In this document: positions 47,001 through 60,584 of the stretch, one piece after another
How positions within the stretch are numbered: position 1 is the stretch's first letter
Layout of the letters: every line of letters starts with the position of its first letter
Assembly (NCBI GenBank): GCA_051362555.1
Contig: CM120645.1
Location: forward strand, 14,446,001-14,510,000
Direction of reading: 5' to 3'
Source: Lingula anatina
Taxonomy: Eukaryota > Animalia > Brachiopoda
DNA: 64,000 nt
Made by a program: the position numbers and the translations under genes
Notes under the pieces: generated by a model
What the model was told of the DNA's origin: nothing
What the model saw: the letters and a program-made list of their open reading frames with translations, nothing else
Databases searched by the model: none

Positions 47001-50000
47001 TGGCGTCTACAAGTGGTCAAGGTAATGGTCACTTTAATAATGGGGTGACACCACATGGACATGGTACCCATGAGATCTTGACCATGGAGGCTTTTCACCA
47101 GCGGCACCCACCCGAGTTTCCAACTTTTTCTGCCAAGACGGAGATTAAGAAAAAAATTGCCAAAAACTGTACAGGGTCCAAAGACTGTGTTTTGAAGGTA
47201 CTCTTCACGCTGTTTCCATTCTTGAATGTCCTCCGAACCTATAAGATAAGGGAGTACCTTGTTGGAGATATCGTATCTGGCTTGTCTGTCGGGGTTCTAC
47301 ACATTGCCCAAGGAATGGGATTTGGACTGCTGGCCTCCTTGCAACCAATCCATGGACTGTATTCCTCTTTCTTCCCAGTGCTACTGTATTTCATCTTTGG
47401 GACTTCACGTCACATTTCCTTCGGAACCATGGCACTGACGGCAATATTGGTGGCCGAGGTTGTGGACAGAGAGTATCCAAAGTTCATCGACCCCATGACT
47501 CTGGATAGTAACTCGTCTTTGAATGCAACTGTAGATGGAGTCACTATGGACGATGAAATTTTGGAGGTCAAGGTTGGCATTGCAATGGCTTTGACCTTGC
47601 TCTGCGGGATCATACAGGTTGGCATGGGGATATTTCGCCTGGGTTTTGTCACCACTTATCTCTCAGATGCATTTGTTGGTGGTTTCACCACTGGGGCTGC
47701 TTTCCACATCACCACCAGCCAGGTTAAAACCATGCTTGGGTTGAAGATCAAAGGTTTCTCTGGTCCTTTTATGTTGATTTTGACCTATGTTGAGGTTTTT
47801 AAGAATATTGCTAAAACTAACATTCTTAGCCTAGTCATATCAGCTTTGTGCATTATAGTTATCATATCTGTGAAGATTTGCATCAACCAGCGTTTTTCCC
47901 ACAAACTGAAAGTTCCTATTCCAATTGACTTGATTATAATGATCATTATGACTTTAGTCAGCCATTTCGCCAACTTGAATGATAATTTTGGAGTGGCAGT
48001 GATAGGGTCAGTACCACAGGGTTTTCCGCCTCCCAGAGTTCCACCCCTAGAGCATGCTGGGAACTTTGCTGTTGAAAGTCTGGTACTCGCAATCGTTGGA
48101 TTTGCAATTTCGATTTCCATGGCGAAAGTTTTCACAGTCAAGTACCACTACCAACTGGACAACAACCAGGAACTTTTGGCGTATGGTTTGTCCAATGGAA
48201 TAAGTTCTTTCTTCAGGTGCTTTGTTAGTGCTGTCGCTCCTCCGCGCTGCATGCTTCATGATTCCACAGGTGGAAAAACAATGGTGCATAGCGTAGTATC
48301 AGCCATTTTGGTTTTCATTGTCATCATGGCGATCAGTCCCCTCTTGGTGTCGGTTCCAAAGTGTGTCCTAGCTTCAATCATTGTTGCAGCGATGCAGAAA
48401 TTATTAATGCAGTTTGAACACTTACCAGCACTTTGGAGAGTCAGCGCCTGTGATTTCTTCATATGGTTAGTCACATGGCTGGCTGTTGTTGTCTTGGATA
48501 TCAGCATGGGTCTGGGCATTGGTTTGGGCTTCTCGTTCATCACAGTTGTTATCAGGACCCAGTTTGCTAAAGGGTTCACTCTAACAAAAACAGATGGTAT
48601 GGATAATTTTGTGAGCGCTCAGCATTATCCAGATATCAAAGACCTGTCCAGTTCCAGCGTTAAGATATTCCAATATCAGTCAGCACTTTATTTTGCCAAC
48701 GTGGAGCTTTTCAAAGACAAACTGTTCAAATTGGTTGGCAAGCCAGAGGAGGAAAAGACTGATGGTGATGTAGAAAGAGAAATGAAAGAAGTGAATGGAA
48801 GTCCAGTGGCAAATGGTAAAGAGGATGAAGTGGATGGAAAAGGAGATGCTGATTCTGCACAGAAGGAAGATGGTATTCTGACTTCAGTATCAAGTTCTAC
48901 TGAGAGTATAAATCAGTTTGTGTTGATTATTGATTGTGCTCGCATCGTCTTCATTGATTCTGCTGGTATAAAGTGTTTACGTCTGCTTTACAATGAGTAT
49001 AAAAGTTTGGGGATTACAGTTTTTATGGCAGGGTGCACTGAGGAAGTTTTTCTGACTCTGCAGAATGGTAACTTTTTTGATACTTTTCCTCCAAGTAATG
49101 TTTTTATGTCCTTGCAAGATGCTTATGATATGGCTCTGACAGTGGAAACAGGAGATAGGAGACAAGACCAAAATGATGCTCCCTGTCAAACTCGAATGTA
49201 ATAGTCAAATTGACTATCTTGCAAAATTGTCTTTTTTATTCCTTTTTGTGAAATTATCAGCTTTATTTGCATTTTTTTTTTTTTTTGAAGAGTTCTAATT
49301 TTGTTGATTATATGTGGTTTTTACTTATTGGAGAAAATACAACATTTTCATGTTTTCCCTTGAAGTTGCTCCTGTGGTCGATTCATTTCTGAATTTGATT
49401 CAAAGATGATTCATAAATTATGCACAAAAACTATATGAAAATCATGACAAACCTCTGACATAAATAATATATTCGTTTATTATCCAAGTTTTTTTTTCTG
49501 TAATTAAGTCACTTTATAGGTATAAGTACACATGTATTTTATAATATTATTTATATATAGTTGGTTTGGGTACACGAATGCATTAAAACATTTTCCATTT
49601 ATTGCATAGTTTTGGTTATTAAACAATGACATATGGACACAAAAGGTCTTGATTGAAAAGCAAAGGTTATGTGTTATATAATTGTTTATCGTTCATAAAT
49701 CTGACCTGAGTCAAAGAGCGCATTCTCAACGAATTAAGCCAGGCTTTACAAAGCCGGTGACCTAAAAATGGCGGACGTACATGAAAGAAAAACCGCCTAA
49801 TCTTTTAATAGTCTCTCCGCCTCTCACACGCCTCCCCACACGTCGTCCCTGCGGGGTACAGGAATTAAATCTCGGCTCCGAACATTAATATTTCTGTGAA
49901 TATCACTGGTGATATTATCTCCGTAGATAGTCGATTCATTGCTGCTCTACGGGCCAAATTATTCCTTTTTCGTCTCTGTTTTCAAAGATAATAGAACAGA

Positions 50001-53000
50001 AGAGCTTTTTTCCTTCGATCGCCTTCAGCCGCCATGCTTTCTTCACCACGAGTTTAACTGATGAGCATGCGCACTTAATATTTCTCAGGTAGCTTCCGCA
50101 TGGCGAACGGAGACGAGATTTAATTACTGTACCCCGCAGGGACGACGTGTGGGGAGGCGTGTGAGAGGCGGAGAGACTATTAAAAGATTAGGCGGTTTTT
50201 CTTTCATGTACGTCCGCCATTTTTAGGTCACCGGCTTTGTAAAGCCTGGCTTAATTCGTTGAGAATGCGCTCAAACAGTGTCTTTTGTTAGTAAAGCCGG
50301 TAAATGGAAGTAAGCCATGATCAGTCATTTGTTGTTTATGTATTGGAAATACAAAGAAGCATTGGCTTGTTGTTTGCCTTTAAGTTTACAGTTTGATAGA
50401 AGCTGAAAACTTAATTGTTAATCAAAACAGCATCATGGCAGTAGCTGTGGTTAAGTACTTATTAAAATCTATACACTATAAACTATCTCTTATTTAATTT
50501 TGATTGATGTATTATTGTTTAGTTATGTTATCTACATTTTAAACGCAGTTGGAGCTTCACTGTTGAATTATAAACATGTTTCATTTGCTAACTGCTCAGA
50601 ATGACTGATGTTCACTTAAAAATCACTTAAGACCCTAGGTTTAGGACCCAGCCTGGGTGTCAGACAATTAAGCTCATTACACTGAATGCACTTTAACAAG
50701 AATCCCCCACAGAGTTGGATTGATCCAGCTAGTATGATGGGTGTATCTGAACACAGTCTTAGTCTAGTTAAAAACAGTTTACTGCTCATCATACAGTGTT
50801 GAACATACCTTTTTTTAAATCATGATTATATATTTTATCTATATGTATAGCCATACCTTTGGTTTGCGGTACTTGGTTGTTTAATTTTTGCTAATAATTT
50901 TTCAAATTTTAAAGTTTTTTTTCCTTTCTCATATTTTGTCAGATGAAGGGGACCAATAACATCTTCCACTTTATTTTTGTGTGTTTATAAGCAACACTTG
51001 TGAGAGATCCGTTGTTATATTTAACTTTGGATGAAATAAGTTTCATTCTTCCAAGATTTAACTGCTTGTTATGTTTTACTTAATAATAATATGGTATAGA
51101 ATATATTATTACAAATTTTTTGTGTTTGTTATAAATGGGTTTCTTTGTCTATTTTGTCAAATTGCAGAAGTTCTGAGAGAGAGAAAGAGAGAGGGAGAGA
51201 GAGCATTATGTAGTTTGGAAACAATGCAAAGTGTTAAAAGTAGCATGAAATTTGACATTAATGCTGCTGTTGTCTTTAATCTGCACGCCTTCTAATCGAC
51301 CACCTCGTGTATTAGACTCTTAATATGATTTTAATGTTGATGACTTTTGTCAGGGATTTAAAGCCACATTTAACCTGAATAAACAACTGACTAGTACTGT
51401 ACCCACTACATAATCCCATGTTGCATTTTGTTTTGCCTTGCATTTTGGAAAGAAAATGAAATTTTGACTTTTTTTTCGATCTGTGTCTAAAGAAAACTGG
51501 ATTTTTTTTGTTTGTTTCTTTTTACTCAGTTGTGCATGCAACAGAAACATTATTCTGTAAAGTTGTGCCGCAAGGTCTAAAACTGCTATTCAGGATGAAA
51601 ATGTTAAATAAAGCAGGAATTATGGAATAATGAAGCATACAATAATTTAAGGCAGTAAAAATAGATGAGTAATGATAGAGAGTAGGACGCCTTTGTTTGG
51701 AACAAAGAAATTGATAAATCCTAACAACTACAAAATGTACAGAGATACTTTTTCACTTCCAACTTTAAACTTTTAATTTTACTTAATGACATATAAGCAA
51801 CTTTGGAATTACAATGCTTTGCATAATATGGTACCAGGCACTGAAAGATAATTTGAAATAAATTACTGACTAAAACTGCTTTTTGAACCCACCCGTTTTA
51901 AAAATGTTTTAATGATGCCTTTTAGGACCAGGTACTGTCAGATATTATGAAACAAAATCACTGACAAAAACTGTTACGTGTACTGGCAGGTAAATTTAAT
52001 GTGCTTTATGCATGACTGTCCATGTGGTGGCGGAGTCTTAGCATTCTTGACTTTGGTCACTGACTTCTCAAAATATGCTTAGATCTTTAAGTGTAAAGCT
52101 GCCAGTCAGGTTTTGTTACTAAGCCTGATTGTATCCCCCCGAAAAAAAAAATAATAAAATATAATAATAAAATTAAATAAAAAAAAAATTTCAGACATAG
52201 GTATTAAAGAGTTTTTATCTCAGAATTCATGTACTATATAAATTATACAAGGAAAGTGCCTTCAGCATGTGAAGATGCAATTTAATAATCCAATTTCTGT
52301 AATTGATTTGTATGTGTATACATTCAAGAAAAAAGGCCCTTTGTTCAGTTTCTTCATGTGTAACATCCCTGTCTGGTAGATAAAAGACGAGTGAACAAAT
52401 CTTTCCATTGATCTTTTTTTTTCATGTATTTAAAGGAGAAAATAAAAAAGTGATATGTTGATGCTGTATACGACTCCATTCCCATACCTAGATCGATCTA
52501 GCAGAATCGCCCATCTCCAAGAAGTTTCTTGCTAAATTGCATTCAGCTTAAGCGGCTCTGATGCCTGACATGCCTATTGAAGCTGTTAGGAGTAATTAAC
52601 TGTCATTGAGCAGCTTCAGCAGGTATGCCAGACATCTTAGCCACTTTGGCTGAATGCAAGTGAGTGAGAAACCCCTTGGAGTTGGGTCGATCCTGTTAGA
52701 TCAATCTAGATATGGGAACGTGGTTTAAGATAAAATGTGTTATCGGAGTAGAGAGCAGGAAATAAAATAATCCGACCACCGTGGGGATAAAGAAAGATCG
52801 TTTGCTGCAAAATTTGGTGCTGATGCACCATAAAAAGTTTAAGTACTGGCAACTTATCTTCCATATGGTCCTATTATAAGTGCGTGACACAGGCATCATT
52901 ATTGAAGCCAGAGAACACATTATAGAATATATATAATCAGTGTTCTCAGTCTGGGGTGATTCTCATGTCAGTGGGAAATAGCTTAAATGACTTTGGCCAC

Positions 53001-54328
53001 ATTAAAATTGTATGCACAAGTTGTGGAAAAACCAATAAGACTTTACATAATTTTAAATTGTGGGCGTCTTTGGTGTGGTATGTCATGCAAGCATGAGCTT
53101 TGAATTTTGGGCAATACTCTGAGGCAAAACGGCATGTCACTTAAAGGTCCTGGTAGAGACCAGTTGTATCAGGCGCAAAGTTATCTTTAAACATGTTCCT
53201 GAACTTTGTTTACCGCTCATTAAAAAAAAAACTTTGGCCACTGTAGAATGTAAGAGATTGATTAGACGTAGCATTTAGGCAAACATGGTTGCTTTGGCAA
53301 TTAATTTTATGATGAGCACAACCAAAAAAGAAAAAAATGAGGAAAAATCTTATTCAAGGTCAAGTATTTTGACCAGTCTTAAATAAGATTTAAAAATTAA
53401 ACAGAAATTAAAATGTTAGAAAACTGTTATACCTGTCAATAAATTGTTGCTTTCAATTGAAAATAAAACAACTATTCACCACACTGATGTATTTTATAAT
53501 TCTTGTTATTTAATGAAATTTATTTTTCATGGCAATTATTCATTTTGATATTTATTTAGACAACTCATCCCATTTGACTTTATATCTTGAATTTTTGTCA
53601 ATATTCCACATGATGTGACTAAAGTGATTAATAATTGATTATAATAATTATTCACATGATAATGTAATTCAAACAGTAAGTTCATATTATACCAATAACA
53701 GAATGTATAATAACTTATTGTTTGAATTTCTAACATTGCATGTCATGATATTAAGTGATAATTATTTTTTTAAGGAATTAAGATTTGAATATATTTTTTT
53801 ATTTTTTAGACCAGCCCAATCAGTGATGTCTTGAAGTCAATAGACCGTGCCATTGAGGCAATTCATTTCTCAGCCACATGCTCTGGAGGGAAATACACCC
53901 ATGAGCAGAGAGAGAACCTACAGTGAGTTTTTTATTCATTTTGAAGAAACATTCACTGGACACCATCACCTAATACAGGGCTGTACTCAGTAGGTGCTGT
54001 TGAAAAAAATGTCTTCCTTATTACCTCTGCCAAGGAGGTTATGTTTTCACCCCTGTTTGTCTGTTTGTTTGTCTGTCATCAACATAACTCAAAAAGTGGT
54101 TGGACCAATTTAAGGTTTATTAATTGATCGTAAACTTTTTTCCAGAAAGTTGGTCCAGCATCGTAAGAATGTGGCATCAGAGAACCAGCAGATTCCTCCC
54201 CAGCCCAAGCGTCAAGCTCCTCAGCCGCCATCTGATTTGAGTAAACGTATGCAATGTCTTTTGTACCAAATGGTGTGTGTGTGTGTGTTTGTGTGTGTAT
54301 TTATATGTGTTTTGCATTTGCTTGTTCA

Positions 54329-54363
<35 letters not shown>

Positions 54364-57300
54364 TAGAGATAGTGAGATGAAAAGAGCAAGACGGCATATT
54401 TTGTATTTTTGGTTTCTGTAGTGGCTTAAAATCATTAGTTTTTCAGTAAAATTGAAAAAGGAAATATTATTATATTAAATATTATTATATAAATATTAAT
54501 ATATAAGTGCAATTATATGTACTAGTATGTTCAATTTGATTTTTTTAATTTGACATGAGTCATGCAGAGGTTGGAATTCTTGACTTTGACAAAAATTATC
54601 ATGATAAAAATGGGGTCAAGTAATTTAATGCTTTTAGGGGTAGGTCCTTGGATAATGTTTTTTTTTAAATATGACACGAAAAAAATGCATTGCACAGCTT
54701 GACACAAGGACATCCATGCAATTAGATATTTCCCCCGATTAGCCGTACATTTTACAAAAGCCAGCTGGAGATGTCGGTGGTAGACATTGCTTTCCCCACT
54801 GAGATGCCAGCATGACAGTAACATGATGGTCACTTTTTAGCATTTTTGAAATACCACATTTATTCTTATTTTTAAAGTATCTTTTAAACATTTATCACTT
54901 TTAGTTACTCATACAAGTGCATTTTACTGCATAAAGCCAACTTACTTTTTCAAACTTTTGAGTTTCAGGCACATGTGTAACTAGATTAAACAAAGTATGG
55001 TTTTGTGGTTTTGGTAGCAATTAAAATGATAGCAGTGTCCTTCAGTTTCATTCCACTGGTCTGTGAAAGTCTTGGTTTAGGGGGATACAGAAACATTTTC
55101 CGTTGGCTACTGCTGTTAAATAATGGCATGCCATTTTGGCATTCTTTAACCTATTATAAAACTATAAAAAATTATAAAAAAGTAAAAATGTGAGTTAAAT
55201 GAGTTATGGTTTGGGACAGGATCAGGACAGAGAAGCATTTACCATTGGCTACTAGTTAAAAGGTATGCTGTATCATGGCATTTATTAATTGGAAATGTGA
55301 GTTTGAAGAGGAGACACCCACTGAAAATGAGGTGTCATTTGGCACCCTTGGGAGACACAAGACTTCTCTGGCAGATGTTAATAAGTTTTAAATGGCACAT
55401 GGACAATTAATTTTAGCAATTATACTTAGTCCATGAGGTAGAGGGGTCCATTGATACTCATTGGATAACTGAGGTTCCTTGATACATGTGAAAGCTCATT
55501 TAGCCAGGCATCAGTTTCCGTGTGGAAGCACTTACAGATCAGTAGCTTTCATTATGTAAATGGTCTTTATAGAACACCTTGATGCTTAAATTGCCGCATC
55601 TGAAAAATGTTGGGTAGGGGAAGGAAAACATCCATGATGTGAAAGTAGAGTAAAGCAATAATTTATGTATCATTATGCAGCTGAAGGATAGTTCATAAAG
55701 AAATTTTAAGTAATCACCAAATGAAATGTGATCTATTAATTGTGTGTTATGTTGTGTCCAGATTGGCAGTGAGTGCATGGGCATGCAATTGTGCATGCAA
55801 GTGAGTGTATGTTGGTACGTGCATGCACTTCCATGTTTGTCTCTGAATGATTGTCTGTGTGCCATTTGCATCAAAACAACAACCACTGACATTTATATTC
55901 AATTATCCTTCCATTTATTCTATTTATCAAGATAACATATACAACACTTGTTCTGTTAATTTTTTTTTCAATCCTTATAAGTTACAGAACACTGTACCAC
56001 TGATAGTGTCTATCTTTATGACAGGATACTTCTAGTGTATATTTTTTACTTTTTTGGTTGACAAACTTGAAATGCAAATTGGAAGTTACTATACCCTATA
56101 AAATATAGCACTGAATATAATAAACCATCCACTATTTGAAAAAAAAAAACAACAAAAAACAAAACAAAAAAAAAAAAAAAGGCCTTATTTTGCAATATGT
56201 TAAGATTAAGAAGAAAGAACTTCTCGACTGCGACACAGGTAATAATGAAATGAAAAATACTTGAACATTAAAAATATTATTAAAATTAATTTGTATCAAA
56301 TTGCACAAAATGTAATTTGTATCAACAAGTTGAAGTTTTATACAGCATGTAATAAAATAGATTGGTAGATTACTGTAGTTTTTTAAGAGTAAATTTCATT
56401 TGTGTAAATAAAATTTAGAACACGTGTAAGTAAAATTCACTTTATCAGTCATTTTCCCAACTATTGATTCTTAACACAAAAATTGATTAATATGTTATGA
56501 TAAGAAGTTAGCATAATATATGAAGCTCTTGGAATATATGATAAGCACAATGAATTGTTTAAAAATGAATTTTTTTGCTGAGCTACTTCATTTAGGCCAA
56601 TAAAATGAAGTGTACATCATTTCCACTCAATAGATTCCAATGGTCACAGTAGTCATTGAATAAAAATGTCATTCCCTCTTAACAGATTGATAGTTAAATC
56701 ATTTAGGAGACATTACTATGTTAAGATACAATGACAAAAAATGACCTTTGAATACTTAAATTATGAGTTTAGTCAAAATGAATATCAGTATAATTTTCAA
56801 AGGACTGTTTTTGAATCAGAACCTAGGCACATTACAGCCATGTGATAAGCATCTATTAAAGTCATAAAAACATAACCAGAGGGAAAAAGGTCAAAATAGT
56901 TTCCATTTTGCAGAGCCTGGTAAACGCCCTCTGTGCACCCTGCCATAAAAACTGTGACCCCTAAATGCTTGTACTCACTATAGACCTGGCTCAGAGCCTT
57001 GATACCTGACGAGTCAATGAATACTATTCTTGTACAGTCTAGAATCAAAATTGATTGGGCGGAATTACTACTGGAGTCAGACGGTCTAGTTTCAGTTTCT
57101 TTTGAGACACTGTTATTTTCTGCGTTTTTTCCCATTACTCCCCTACTGTCTGCGGATTCATTACTATTCTCTGCCCTCTCTATATCTTCATTTCCACTCT
57201 TATGTGTTTTTACTTCATGAGGTTTACCTACCATCTTGAACAATTTCTCTTTAAAAAGTTCGGCATTAGCAAAATATAGAGCTGACTGAAATTGGAAAAT

Positions 57301-60300
57301 GTTGATGTTGGAGGAAGAAGGTGGTTTGGGTATGTTAGGGTAATGTTGGGTGCTGACAAATTTGTCCATGTCGTCTGTTTTGACCAAGGTGTACCCTCTG
57401 GCAAATTGGGTTCGCATCACTACTGTTATGAATGAAAAGGCGATACCGACTCCCAGACCTGTTCCTATGTCCAAAACTACCACTGCCATCCAGGTCATAA
57501 ACCAGATGAAGAAGTCACACATGCTCACCCTCCACAGCCTGGGCAAGTTTTCAAACTGCATGAAAAGCTTTTGCAGAGCTGCTACAATTACTGCTGCTAA
57601 GACGCAGTTAGGCAGAGAGGCAAAAAGGGGGCTGAGGGCCAAAATGACAATCAAAACCAATATGGCTGACACTACGCTATGGACCTGCGTTTTACCACCT
57701 GCTGAATCGTGAAGCATGGTGCGTGGAGGGGCAACAGCTCCAACGAAGCAGCCAAAGAAAGAGCCAATTCCATTGGACAAGCCATATGCCAAAAGTTCTT
57801 GGTTGTTGTCAACGTCATAGTGGTACTTTGTTGTAAAGATTTTGGCCATGGAAATTGATATGGCAAAACTTACAATTGCAAGAATAACTGCATCAATGAT
57901 AAAATTACTAGCTATATTCAGTGGTGGAACACTTGGGGGTGGGATGCCTTGAGCAACGGTTCCTATAACAGCCACGCCATAAGTGTCCTTCAAATTCATG
58001 AAGTGACTAGCAACAGTTCCAATTATAAGCACTATCAGATCAATGGGAATGGGCACTTTTAACTTTTTTGAGAACCTCTGGTTGATACAGACTTTCACTA
58101 ACAGGATAACAACTAGGCACATAGCAGATATACAAAGAGAAGCAATGTTAGTGTCAGTTATTTTCTTGAAGATTTCCATGTAGGTGAAAATAAGGTTGAA
58201 TGGGCCAGAGAATCCCTTGATCTTCAATCCAAGCATGGTTTTAACCTGACTGGTTGTAATGTGGAAAGCAGCCCCAGTGGTGAACCCTCCAACAAATGCG
58301 TCTGATAGATAAGTGGTGACAAAACCCAGGCGAAATATTCCCATGCCAACTTGTATTATCCCAGTGACAAGGCTGAGAGACATGGCAATTTCAAGTTTCA
58401 CACTCATGACTTCATCCCCTGTTATGTCTGTGGTTTGGTCCAAACTTGCATTTGAGGAGGAGTTACTACCAGCATTGGTGTCGCCTGCGTACTTTGGGTA
58501 CTCTCTGTTCACAACCTCTGCCACCAGTATTGCTGTCAAAGCCATGGTTCCAAAGGAAATATGGCGCGATGTCCCAAAGAAGAAATACAACAGTAGTGGA
58601 AAAAATGAAGAATACAGTCCATGGATGGGTTGCAAGGAAGCCAATAGTCCAAACCCCATTCCTTGAGCAATGTGAAGCACTCCAACAGACAAACCAGAAA
58701 TAATATCACCAACAAGGTATTCCTTTATCTTGTAGGTGTATAAAACTCGTAGGAAAGGAAACAGCATGAACAGAGTGTTCATCCAACAGTCCTCCTTGCA
58801 TTTCTTCTGTTGGAGTTGTTTCTTCATAGACATCATGGCTGGGTAATGGGGAGGGTTTTCCTGATTGAATTCCTCCTGGGTAACAATGGTGTTCTGCTGG
58901 CGTTGAGGAAACGTCTCTGCTGAGACTCCGGAATAAAGCAGTTCAGCAGTGCTTTCACTTGCCATAGTTTTTGATGTCTGTATCTGAGATGATTACACAG
59001 TCCAGTTGTTAGAACCTCTGGGAAACTAAGGCAGTGTATAATGTCAGTGACCGGATATGTATTATTTGGCACTATACTGACTTACCGCTGTCACAGTTGC
59101 TAGCTTAATTGCCCCTAGTTTTACTAAGAGAAACTAACTGTTATCGTTCTTGCAGAAAAGTTTGTTGCAGTGTGTCACTATAGAATTGCTTGGTCACGTT
59201 AAATACTACAGGATGTCATTGCATGCCATATGTTATATTGTTAAGGAGGTATGTGCCCCAGTAGTGACAGTAATTCATGAACAGTGGTCAAAGTCACAAA
59301 AGCTCATGGTCACAATTATTACACATAGTACAGTGAGCAGCATCTTGGCAAGTAGAAGCAGAGTGACATTACTGCTTACTGTTAATCAAGTGAGACATGT
59401 AACTATACATATACACTCTCTCATGCCTGCAAAATTATAATGTAAAAAAGTCAAATGATGAACATTGCAATGGGATTACAGCAACATGTTGCTATGTGTC
59501 CTTACTTCATTAGGCAAGCAGGAGGTGGTGTTAGATTCCTACCCTTTGCTCCAGAGGGAAGACCTCTTTCTTAAAAGTCGTTAAAACACTGCACTGTTCT
59601 TGTCTTGTTTGAACTGCTGTTGCCTTTAAGTTGTATGCCTGCATTTATAATGGAAGTCCTGCTCGCGTTTATATCACACTGAATGCTTCATTAAATCGAT
59701 GAATTGATTTGGTGTCCTTTTGGTACCATATGTTCTGCGTCATGGTCTCCAGAATAGAATCTCCTCACAGAAGACTGGGGGACTGTCTTTACCACCGGGA
59801 CCGTCACATTTCAATGTCACAATCACAGACACGTGGCCAAGTCAACCTTCTGACTTTATTTTAGTGAAAATATCAAAGAAACCCCTGATGGTTATTTACC
59901 GACTCAATGAGTAATCGTCATACAACATTGTTATGTAAATCACCAATATTGCATGCTGGAGAGCATGTGGAAATCTCTTTCTTGTGTTGGATATATGGCG
60001 TGTGCTTCCCCTCCATTAGAATTAAGTGTAGCTGTCAGGCCTGTTTCAAAATACCTGGCTCATGCAATGGTATAATTGGATTCATAACTTAATCACTGTG
60101 GCACATCTTAGATGAAAAGTTGCCCGCGTAATAATATAACTGTCCAAGGTACCATAAACGGACACTTTTCCACACCTTTTATAAATTGGCTGAAATGTTT
60201 TGTTTTTTTTTAGTGCTTTAGCCCAAATTTTTAATCTGTGTGCCATCAATTTTGTGGTTATTTTTAATGGACCTGTTGTACTTTTGTCATAAGGGCAAGA

Positions 60301-60549
60301 AAGGGGAAAAAATCATCTAATTCAGAGTGACTACATGGTGTGATCATGACTTTATGGGTTCATGGGTATGATGGAGGGTAACCAACACATTAGTTATATA
60401 ATTATCAACTTACATAAAGATAATTTCATATCTTTGAGGCATCTTTGATCATGACTTAGCAATGATGATTTTAATTTAATTGAAAGATGAAAGATAAAGG
60501 GAAACGTCTGAAGAGTGACATGGTGTTTGTTTTTGTGTGTTTTAGAATG

Positions 60550-60584
<35 letters not shown>

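Noticed and set aside
47410-58703. Antisense ORFs overlapping the two SLC26 genes, similar to each other
   Set aside because: They are shadows of the hydrophobic sense-strand codons, and their mutual similarity simply reflects the paralogy.
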